Part shown: in pieces, positions 30,961 through 38,645 of the stretch
Numbering within the stretch: position 1 is the stretch's first letter
Layout of the letters: every line of letters starts with the position of its first letter
Origin: Cyanobacteria bacterium J06626_4
GTDB taxonomy: Bacteria > Cyanobacteriota > Cyanobacteriia > Phormidesmidales > Phormidesmidaceae
Length of the DNA: 40,248 bases
Direction: 5' to 3'
NCBI GenBank assembly: GCA_038523235.1
Contig: JBCBJQ010000052.1
Location: forward strand, 1-40,248
Translations under genes and position numbers: made by a program
Notes under the pieces: model-generated
The model's input: only the letters and a program-made list of their open reading frames with translations
Databases searched by the model: none
Told to the model about the DNA's origin: nothing

Positions 30961-31276
30961 TCCTCTTTTTGGAATTTTGAGGGCACAGTCACTGCCTACG
31001 GCCCTGCTGTTTATTAAGAAAAGGCTAAACATTTGATTCCTCTCTTTGATCAGGCAGGGAGATCAAGTCTTACTTTTAGGTCAGGAGCCAGACTGCAGGG
31101 GCAGCCAAAATTTGAGGCGAGTTTACAGCTTTGATTCGGCGAGAGCCGTTACCGTCAGCTTCTGGATCTAGAACTAGAGGCACTGAGTCCCATATAAGCT
31201 GTCAGTCGAGAGCGGCGCTCACCACAGTCACTAAACTCAGGAACTTTTAAGGTGTCGTTCATGTGAGTTTGGAGTC

Positions 31277-32422
31277 ATGTTAACTATGATACTCACAGCC
31301 TTTACTGCGTTTTGCGCCAGTCTATTGTCTGCTTCAACCTTGCTAAATTTAGGTCAGCTGTGCGAGGCGTTGCGATCGCACCTCCAAGCCCGCTGTTTGT
31401 TGAATGAGCGTGACGTATTGGAACTCATGGCCCACGGCGAGGCCAACGTCATTTTTCGGTGGGGCAGCGATCGGCTGGTACGGGTGGCAGTCAACACCCC
31501 CAATCAGCGCTTTCAGGGCAACTTTAGCCGATTGACCGAGTTTGAAGGCAGCATCCTGCGCTATCTCACCGGGTCAGGGTTGGGCCATGAACTCCTGGGT
31601 GAGCAACGCACCGCGACCTCAGACTTTCCCTATACCTATCTCATCACCAACTATATTGCCGGTGGGCCGATGGACTATAGCCGTCGGCACCTGCAGCAGT
31701 GCGCCACCACGCTGGCTCGCCTGCATCGCCTCCCACGGCGATCGGGATATGAGTCAGTGCATCAGCTATCGCCGCTGGTGCCGCAGGTGAGTCATCCCCT
31801 GACGGTGTTTTGGCAAGAAGCGCGAGACTATGCTCAGTCTTATTTAGACTCGCCAGCCGCCGATGCCACAATCAGCGACCTGCTCCAGGCGGTGCTAGCC
31901 CAGGCAGAGACCCGGCTTGCTAGCGAAGCGCTGCTGACCGAGTATCGCCATGCCTGTCTGGTGCACAGTGACCATACCTATGACAACTGGGTGATGAATA
32001 ATCAGCAGGCTTATTTGATTGACTGGGAATGGGCTGAAATTGGCTCTCCCGCCGGTGACTTGGGACATTTTCTTTCCCCAATCACGATTCAGCGGCGACA
32101 GGGCTACCAGATGCCCGGTGAAGATCGGCAGTTTTTCCTCAATGCCTACTACGCCGCGCTCGAAGATGCGGAGCTGGCGCAAACCATTCAGGTACATTTC
32201 GCCGTCTTTGGGGCGTTTCCCGCTTTGCGATCGCTCTGTTGGCTGGCGAACTATGGCCTCACCACTCACCGCTGGTATGCCGATGCCGCTGACAGTCTCC
32301 AGACCAGCGCCTCCGTTAACCGCAGTACAGCCGCTCGCCTGGAACGGGCACAGGCCGGTCAACAGCGGCTGACGCAGATGGGAGCCGAGGTCATGGCGCT
32401 GCTGGAGGCTCCCTTGCCATGA
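31277..32422 (+). CDS. Aminoglycoside-phosphotransferase/choline-kinase-like phosphotransferase
   Basis: HGEANVIF, LARLH, Brenner motif HSDHTYDN, IDWE and DLGHFLSP. Start codon uncertain. Confidence 0.88.
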   Translation: MLTMILTAFTAFCASLLSASTLLNLGQLCEALRSHLQARCLLNERDVLELMAHGEANVIFRWGSDRLVRVAVNTPNQRFQGNFSRLTEFEGSILRYLTGSGLGHELLGEQRTATSDFPYTYLITNYIAGGPMDYSRRHLQQCATTLARLHRLPRRSGYESVHQLSPLVPQVSHPLTVFWQEARDYAQSYLDSPAADATISDLLQAVLAQAETRLASEALLTEYRHACLVHSDHTYDNWVMNNQQAYLIDWEWAEIGSPAGDLGHFLSPITIQRRQGYQMPGEDRQFFLNAYYAALEDAELAQTIQVHFAVFGAFPALRSLCWLANYGLTTHRWYADAADSLQTSASVNRSTAARLERAQAGQQRLTQMGAEVMALLEAPLP

Positions 32423-33357
32423 CCACAGTACCCGCCTCACAGAATTCCCGGCAGCAATGGTGGGCGCGAGTCTGGTCGGCGCGCTCTGAGACAGCGTGGC
32501 AGGCGTATGTGCTGGTGCTCCCGGCGGTGAGCCTGATTGCGGGGCTGTTTGGGGGCGGGCTAGTGCTGGCCTTGTTGCAGAGCGTCGGCCTGTTGGGGCT
32601 GGCCACCGACGGTACATTTTCGCTCGATGCTTATCGACTAGCCTTCAGCCACAGCGCCTTTTGGCACTCATTAGGCTTGAGTCTTTACATTGCCTTCACC
32701 GCTACGGCACTCTCGACCCTGCTCAGCCTGGGGTTGGCGCTGCTGCTGCAGGGGGCTGGACGCTGGGCCAGCTTTGCCTGTCAGCTGACGCTGCCGATTC
32801 CGCACCTGGTGGGCATTGCCGGAATTCTTCTGTTGCTCTCTCCCAGTGGTTTACTCTCGCGGCTATTGTTTAACCTCGGCTGGCTTAGCTCTGACCAAGA
32901 CTTTCCCCTCCTGGTCAATGACGCGGCCAACCTGGGTGTCATGATCCACTTTTTGTGGAAAGAAATTCCGTTTATGACCTTAATTTTGCTGGCAGTGTTG
33001 CGGGGTATTCGCCCGGAGTATGGCATGCAGGCTCGAGCGCTGGGGGCCAGTCCCTGGCAGTGCTTTTGGCATGTGACGCTGCCGCTGCTGCGATCGGGCA
33101 TTATTTCCGCCAGTTTGATTGTCTTTGGCTTTATCTTTGGCTCTTTTGAAGTGCCCTTTCTGCTGGGGTCCACTTTCCCAAAAACGCTGCCTATTCTGGT
33201 GTACCAAGCTTTTACCGATAGTGATTTGACCCAGCGATCGATCGCTGTGGCCCTGGGGCTAATCCTCTCCCTGATTTCCCTCGGCGTGATTGCGCTCTAC
33301 CTGTGGCTCGGCTCTGGCAGTCCCTTTCGGCAGGCCACGTTTAGGAGGCAGCCATGA
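32419..33357 (+). CDS. ABC transporter permease 1 (PotB/YnjC-like)
   Basis: About six TM segments, WKEIPF and an EAA-loop variant QARALGAS. ATGA overlap with the kinase gene. Confidence 0.92.
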   Translation: MTTVPASQNSRQQWWARVWSARSETAWQAYVLVLPAVSLIAGLFGGGLVLALLQSVGLLGLATDGTFSLDAYRLAFSHSAFWHSLGLSLYIAFTATALSTLLSLGLALLLQGAGRWASFACQLTLPIPHLVGIAGILLLLSPSGLLSRLLFNLGWLSSDQDFPLLVNDAANLGVMIHFLWKEIPFMTLILLAVLRGIRPEYGMQARALGASPWQCFWHVTLPLLRSGIISASLIVFGFIFGSFEVPFLLGSTFPKTLPILVYQAFTDSDLTQRSIAVALGLILSLISLGVIALYLWLGSGSPFRQATFRRQP

Positions 33358-34145
33358 CTCGCAAAGTAGTGTTATCGCTGATTATTGGCGTGCTGTTTTT
33401 GCCGTTTCTGCCGCTACTGATCTGGTCCTTTGCCCAGGGCTGGTACTTTCCGCAGCTGCTGCCCGAACAGTGGACAGTGGCGAACTGGCAGGCTATTTTT
33501 ACCGCCAGCACGAAAGTCGGTCAGGGGTTTGTTCAGAGTTTAGCGATCGCCAGTCTGGCCACGACGCTAGCGTTGGTGGTGGGACTACCGGCCGGTCGCG
33601 CCCTGGGGCTGATGGAGTTTCCTGGTAAAGGGGCGATCAAGCTGTTTTTGCTGTTACCGATCATTGTGTCGCCCCTGGCGACCCTGATGGGGATTCAGTT
33701 TGTGCTGATTCGCCTGGGGCTAAGTGGCACTCTGCTGGGCGTGGTGCTGGTGCATCTGTTACCCACCATCCCCTATATGACGCTGGTGTTGAGCAGTGTT
33801 TACGCTAATTTTGACCTCAGCTATGAGGCCCAAGCTCGCACGCTGGGGGCGTCCCCGATGCAGGTGCTAAGCCAGGTTACCCTACCGCTGATTGCTCCTG
33901 GCGTGGTCGTTGGGGCGCTCTTTGCCTTCCTAATTTCGTGGAATGAGTTTTTGCTCACCTTCTTTGTCGGCAGCGGTCGCGTGTTGACGCTGCCAATGGT
34001 GTTGTTTACGTCGCTGCAGGGCGGCAATACCGGGCTAACCGCCGCGATCGCCATCACATCGATTCTGCCAGCGTTGGTGTTCCTGCTGTTTTCGAGCCGC
34101 GCCCTGAGTGATGACGCGGCGATCGGAGGGTTGGGCGATGTCTGA
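33354..34145 (+). CDS. ABC transporter permease 2 (PotC-like)
   Basis: EAQARTLGAS, FLISWNEF and TLP. ATGA overlap with permease 1, AGGAGG Shine-Dalgarno. Confidence 0.92.
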   Translation: MTRKVVLSLIIGVLFLPFLPLLIWSFAQGWYFPQLLPEQWTVANWQAIFTASTKVGQGFVQSLAIASLATTLALVVGLPAGRALGLMEFPGKGAIKLFLLLPIIVSPLATLMGIQFVLIRLGLSGTLLGVVLVHLLPTIPYMTLVLSSVYANFDLSYEAQARTLGASPMQVLSQVTLPLIAPGVVVGALFAFLISWNEFLLTFFVGSGRVLTLPMVLFTSLQGGNTGLTAAIAITSILPALVFLLFSSRALSDDAAIGGLGDV

Positions 34146-35232
34146 GTTGGGTTATCTCTCCCTGCAACAGCTAACGAAACGGTTTCGCGATGTCCCCGCA
34201 GTCAACGATGTGTGGCTAGAGATTGCCGCTGGTGAGCGGCTATCGTTGCTGGGACCGTCAGGCTGCGGTAAATCAACCACCCTGCAGCTAATTGCCGGAA
34301 TTTTGCGCCCCGATCAGGGACAGATCGCCTTACAGGGGCGGTTGCTGAATCGCGTCCCCCCGGAGCGGCGGGAGATTGCCCTGGTGCTGCAGAAAGGGCT
34401 GCTGTTTCCCCATTTGAGCGTCGGCGAAAATGTTGCCTTTGGCCTCAAGATGCGGGGTGTGAATCGGGCGGAACGTGAAGCCCGGACGCTGGCGCTGCTG
34501 GATCAGGTACAGCTCACCGGATTTGAGGATCGCCAACCGGCGGAATTGTCTGGGGGGCAGGCGCAGCGGGTCGCGCTGGCGCGATCGCTGGTGATTCGCC
34601 CCAAAGTGTTGCTGTTAGATGAGCCCCTCTCCGCCTTGGATGCCAACCTGCGGGGCGACATGCAAACGCTCATGCTGCGACTGCAGGAAGAAACCGGCGT
34701 CACCATGGTGATCGTCACCCACGACCAAAGCGAAGCCGTCGTCATGTCGCACCGCATTGCCCTGATGTTCGACGGCTGCCTGCGTCAGGTCGAGACCCCT
34801 GAAGGGCTCTATCAGCGCCCAGGCGATGCCAGCGTGGCCCACTTCTTTGGTGGTGTCAATTTTTTCACGGCAGCGGCAGACCATCATCGACTCACGCTGG
34901 CCGGTGGCGACGTGCTCACCACCGACTTTCCTCAGCAGGGCACTGTGCAGGTCACTATTCGTCCCGAATGCATTCATTTACTGGCCGACCAAATTTGTGG
35001 CACGAACCTCCTACCCGTCACCGTTTGCCAAAACCGGTTTACCGGCACCCAGCGCCACCTCATCCTGAAAACGCCAGCAGGACTAGAACTCCAGGCTTGG
35101 GTGCCCCCCAGCCAAAACTGGGCGATCGGTCAAACCGCCTTTGCCCATCTCCCCCCCGATGCCCTCTGGAGTTTCCCGACACCGACAGTTCCAGCCCCGC
35201 AGCAGTCCGTGCCCAAAGCACTGTCTCCTTGA
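34138..35232 (+). CDS. ABC transporter ATP-binding protein (PotA-like, C-terminal TOBE)
   Basis: GPSGCGKST, LSGGQ, LLLDEP and VTHDQ. ATG 34138 follows GGAGG and overlaps permease 2 by 8 bp. Confidence 0.95.
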   Translation: MSELGYLSLQQLTKRFRDVPAVNDVWLEIAAGERLSLLGPSGCGKSTTLQLIAGILRPDQGQIALQGRLLNRVPPERREIALVLQKGLLFPHLSVGENVAFGLKMRGVNRAEREARTLALLDQVQLTGFEDRQPAELSGGQAQRVALARSLVIRPKVLLLDEPLSALDANLRGDMQTLMLRLQEETGVTMVIVTHDQSEAVVMSHRIALMFDGCLRQVETPEGLYQRPGDASVAHFFGGVNFFTAAADHHRLTLAGGDVLTTDFPQQGTVQVTIRPECIHLLADQICGTNLLPVTVCQNRFTGTQRHLILKTPAGLELQAWVPPSQNWAIGQTAFAHLPPDALWSFPTPTVPAPQQSVPKALSP

Positions 35233-35347
35233 CTCTTTAACTGTGAACGGATCGGCGCTTTGCGCCCATTAAGGCTGGCAGACTGTCCCCCAATCCGCTC
35301 CCCTATCACCCTCTACTCCAACTCTTTCCCCCCTAGCGCCCCGCCAT

Positions 35348-36598
35348 ATGCACTACTTGCCTCGCCGCCGCTTCCTATATCTCTCTGCCAGCGCTACCCT
35401 AGCCACGCTGGTCAGCAATTGCGATCGCGGTCAACAGGCTGCTCTGCCAGCATTTGACCCCACTGTGACCCCTTGGGATGAGGTGATAGAACTCGCCCGT
35501 GGCACCACCGTCAACTGGGCCATGTGGGGCGGTAGCGATCAGGTCAACAGCTATGCCGATGGCTGGGTGGCCGAGCAGTTGCAGACTCAGTATGAGGTCA
35601 CCCTCAATCGTGTGCCGCTGAATGACACGGTCGAAGCGGTGAATAAAGTTGTGGGCGAAGTGCAGGCTGGTGTGACCACCGGGGGCAGCATCGACCTGAT
35701 TTGGATCAACGGCGAAAACTTTCGCACCTTGAAACAAGGCGACCTGCTGTTTGGCCCCTTTGCCGACCAACTGCCCGCCATGCAGTACTACGATGCTGAC
35801 GATCCGGCTGTCAGCAATGATTTTGGCTTGCCGATTGAGGGCTATTCTGCGCCCTATACCGGGGCGTTTTACCTGATGGCGAGAGATAGCGCTCGGGTGC
35901 CAACGCCTCCCACTAACTTTGAGGAACTGCTGGCTTGGGCGCAGGCTAATCCCGGTCGGTTTACCTATGTCGCTCCGCCACAATTTGACGGCAGTCGCTT
36001 TTTGCTGACCGTTTTATATGGGGTAACCGGTGGCTACGAGCAATATGCCGGGGCCGAGTTTGACGAGGCGTTATGGAATCAGAACTCGCCCCAAGTCTGG
36101 GAGTATCTACAGGAGTTAGAACCCTATCTCTGGCGCGAAGGCTCCACCTATCCGCCGACACAAAGCCGCCTGCAAGAACTGTTTTCCAATGGCGAAATCT
36201 GGATGATGCCGGCCTTTACTGCTCGCATCGCCGAAGGCATTGCCACCGGTCAGTTTCCTGACACCACCCAGGCGTTTGCCTTACCCGGTGCCGCGTTGAA
36301 TGATCCCTCTTTTACGGCAATTCCCGTCAATGCCAGTAATCCAGCGGGAGCGATGGTGCTCGCCAACATTTTGTCGAGTCCTGAAGGGCAACTGCAAAAG
36401 TTCAATCCTACAGTTTGGGGCGACCCGCCCCTGTTGACGCGATCGCTGCTCTCCCCCGAGCTGCAGGCAGACTTTGATCAGGTGGAAGCGGCCTATGGCA
36501 TGCCCCTGCAAATGCTCTCGCAAGACACCGTGCCGGTGGTGAATGCCGAATACACAACGCGCCTAGAGTCCGAGTGGGAGGCGCAAATTGCGATTTAG
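35348..36598 (+). CDS. ABC substrate-binding protein, YnjB-like, with twin-arginine signal and lipoprotein-type Cys
   Basis: PRRRFL...LVSNC at the N-terminus. VNWAMWGGS, GSIDLIWINGENF and GRFTYVAPPQFDG resemble the YnjB family. Confidence 0.85.
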   Translation: MHYLPRRRFLYLSASATLATLVSNCDRGQQAALPAFDPTVTPWDEVIELARGTTVNWAMWGGSDQVNSYADGWVAEQLQTQYEVTLNRVPLNDTVEAVNKVVGEVQAGVTTGGSIDLIWINGENFRTLKQGDLLFGPFADQLPAMQYYDADDPAVSNDFGLPIEGYSAPYTGAFYLMARDSARVPTPPTNFEELLAWAQANPGRFTYVAPPQFDGSRFLLTVLYGVTGGYEQYAGAEFDEALWNQNSPQVWEYLQELEPYLWREGSTYPPTQSRLQELFSNGEIWMMPAFTARIAEGIATGQFPDTTQAFALPGAALNDPSFTAIPVNASNPAGAMVLANILSSPEGQLQKFNPTVWGDPPLLTRSLLSPELQADFDQVEAAYGMPLQMLSQDTVPVVNAEYTTRLESEWEAQIAI

Positions 36599-36690
36599 AT
36601 TTTTAGCGTGGGGTGTCCAACCCCATTTCCCAGTTTTCCATTCCCTCGTCCACAACTTCCGGTCAACTCGATCAGAGAGGCAGCTTAATC

Positions 36691-37530
36691 ATGGTTTTTA
36701 AAGAACGGGCATCGCGGGCCAGAGGCGTGATTGAAGACAATCGCCTGATGGAACTGCACCTGTATCCCGGCAACCAGTGCAATCGGGACTGTGATTTTTG
36801 CACGGTTTTTGGCAAGCCGCAGGGGTGGTATACGGAATACACGCCTGAGCATTTGGATGCCACCCTGAACAGCGTCATGCTGCACGCAGCGGGCACGATC
36901 AAGTTTTACGGCGGGGAGCCGACCTTGAATCATGACAACGTCATGTGGGCGATCGCCTATCTGCGCGAGCACGGCTTTCAAGGGGCGATCGTGATCTATT
37001 CCAACGGCATTCAGGCCGATCGCCTGCTGGCGATTTTGGCCTCTGATCCGCTGGACCAAACCACGGCATCGCTGAACTATTCCATCGCGACCGGGGACGG
37101 AGCGCCGCAAATGCCGCTGTCATCTTTGCGAAAGTTGGAGGCCCAGGAGCGAGCGCAGCCGGGGACGATCGCGATCGGACATCCTGACATTGTGGACTCG
37201 GGTCGGGGCGTTGATCCGTTCACCGGCGAGGAAACGCGACCGAAAGACACCAATCGCTGCCCTCACTGTTATCCCGTGCTGAAAACGGATGGCACTTTCC
37301 ATGCCTGCCCCTTTGCCGTGGAAAATGCCGATCCTCACTTTCAACTGGGCTCGGTGCAGGATGATCCGAAAACCGTCACGCAGAACTTTCAGACGTTTCT
37401 CAACTGGATTGATACGGTGCACGAACCATATGCGATTGAGCACGATTTGCCCGCTTGCACCGTCTGTTGGAAGCATCTGGAAGACTTAGCGCCACCGACC
37501 TATGCCCAGTCTGAGAAAGTGCAAGCTTGA
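36691..37530 (+). CDS. Radical SAM enzyme with Cys-rich SPASM/twitch-like C-terminus
   Basis: CNRDCDFC (CxxxCxxC), FYGGEPTL and YSNG. C-terminal CPHC, DGTFHACPF, LGSV and CTVC. Start ATG 36691 (after AGAGAGG) or GTG 36613. Confidence 0.9.
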   Translation: MVFKERASRARGVIEDNRLMELHLYPGNQCNRDCDFCTVFGKPQGWYTEYTPEHLDATLNSVMLHAAGTIKFYGGEPTLNHDNVMWAIAYLREHGFQGAIVIYSNGIQADRLLAILASDPLDQTTASLNYSIATGDGAPQMPLSSLRKLEAQERAQPGTIAIGHPDIVDSGRGVDPFTGEETRPKDTNRCPHCYPVLKTDGTFHACPFAVENADPHFQLGSVQDDPKTVTQNFQTFLNWIDTVHEPYAIEHDLPACTVCWKHLEDLAPPTYAQSEKVQA

Positions 37531-37553
37531 GGCAATTTTTCAGGGCTATAGCA

Positions 37554-37595
37554 GAAGTCGGAATGCAGAAGTCGGAAGTCGGAAGTCGGAGTTAG
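37554..37595. repeat. Heptamer tandem repeat (STRR-like)
   Basis: GAAGTCG GAATGCA GAAGTCG GAAGTCG GAAGTCG GAGTTAG. Confidence 0.8.
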
Positions 37596-37715
37596 AAAGC
37601 CTGTCAGATAGCGGTTTCAGGTATCTGGAGTGACCGAATCAAACTGCGGCGTGCTATTAGGGGGCAGAGGAGCTCAGGGAGTAGCACTGGTGAACAGCAC
37701 TGAATTCAGCTGTCT

Positions 37716-38396
37716 TCAGGCACCGGGCAAGTTGGCTCTCATCGCGGATAGTTCATCTTCGATCGCGGCTTCTGCGTCCTGCTCCAGCGCCGCAAAGCGA
37801 CCTTCTAACGATCCGGCGGCCATGGACTGATTCAATTCGGCCATGGCGTCGGCTTGGGCCTCCAGATCCAGCACGCGGTCTTCCATCCGACCGAGCGTGC
37901 CGAGCGATCGCTCGTTGCCGACTTGGGCGATCGTGTCTTGAATCCGTTGGGACGCCGCCGCAGAACGCGCCCGCGCAATGTACATATCGCGGCGAGTGCG
38001 CACGTCAGCAATCTTGACCTCCAGGTCTCGCATATTGGCTTTGAGCTTGGTGATGATGCCCTTCTGTTCACCAATATGGTTTTCTAGCTGCGCCTGCATC
38101 CGCAAATAGCTATGGCGCTGAGCAAGCGCTTCGCGAGCCTGCCCTTCATTACCTTTTCTCAAGGCCAACTGCGCCCGGTTGTACCATTCTTGCGTCAGCG
38201 TCGTCGTTTGATAGCACTGGCGTTCGGTGCGTTTTTGGGTGGCGATCGCCTGCGCCACCGATTGCCGCAACTGAATTAAATCGCCTTGCATGTCTGTCAC
38301 CGCTTGATCTAGCAGCTTTTCGGGATCTTCGGCAGCTTGTACCCAATCACCCACCTGAGAGCGAATTACCCGCGCCAAGCGTCCCCACACTTTCAT
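37716..38396 (-). CDS. pspA: PspA/IM30 family protein
   Basis: Amphipathic N-terminal helix, AEDPEKLLDQAV, AQLALRKGNEGQAREAL, RMEDRV and LEGRFAALE. Ends after EDELSAMR without a Vipp1-type extension. ATG 38396. Confidence 0.88.
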   Translation of the reverse strand: MKVWGRLARVIRSQVGDWVQAAEDPEKLLDQAVTDMQGDLIQLRQSVAQAIATQKRTERQCYQTTTLTQEWYNRAQLALRKGNEGQAREALAQRHSYLRMQAQLENHIGEQKGIITKLKANMRDLEVKIADVRTRRDMYIARARSAAASQRIQDTIAQVGNERSLGTLGRMEDRVLDLEAQADAMAELNQSMAAGSLEGRFAALEQDAEAAIEDELSAMRANLPGA

Positions 38397-38600
38397 GACT
38401 TTGCTGCCGTCCTTGAATGAGCCAGTCTCTGTTAGCAAGATAACAGGACGAACCGCTCAATGAAGCAGACGCGCTCAGGAGAACGAGATTGCCTAGCCCA
38501 ATTGAGACCCGACCGGCAGGTCTTTGCAGGGGTTCGAGGTTGCCAAACCCCTAAGATCCAGACCACTGTTTTTGAGCAACTCCCTAACAGAGCATTGGCA

Positions 38601-38633
38601 TGACCGGCATCCCCTGAACGAAAATGCCGGTCA
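38601..38633 (-). terminator. 10-bp perfect hairpin 3' of the aminotransferase gene
   Basis: TGACCGGCAT-N13-ATGCCGGTCA, 12 nt after the stop codon. No clear U-tract. Confidence 0.4.
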
Positions 38634-38645
38634 GCGGGCGAGCAA

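Noticed and set aside
30549..31032. Short ORFs of 60-104 aa in the comFB-kinase gap, including possible radical SAM precursor peptides
   Set aside because: Most overlap the 6S RNA, all lack recognisable motifs or start signals, and they are far from the radical SAM gene.
30961..31276. Known riboswitch (TPP, cobalamin, SAM) ahead of the ABC genes
   Set aside because: Diagnostic consensus blocks were not found; retained only as an unclassified structured-leader candidate.
31279..31292. NtcA-like site GTT-N8-TAC
   Set aside because: Mismatch to the GTA-N8-TAC consensus and overlap with the putative start codon; too weak.
28991..32422. Antibiotic-resistance island (acetyltransferase plus APH-like kinase)
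   Set aside because: The two genes are separated by comFB and 6S RNA, both families are widespread metabolic enzymes, and there are no mobile-element signs.
31895..32617. 240-aa antisense ORF
   Set aside because: Overlaps the kinase and permease on the opposite strand and has no motif.
37554..37595. Possible CRISPR array
   Set aside because: 7-bp tandem units with no spacers and no cas genes; this is a STRR-like repeat.
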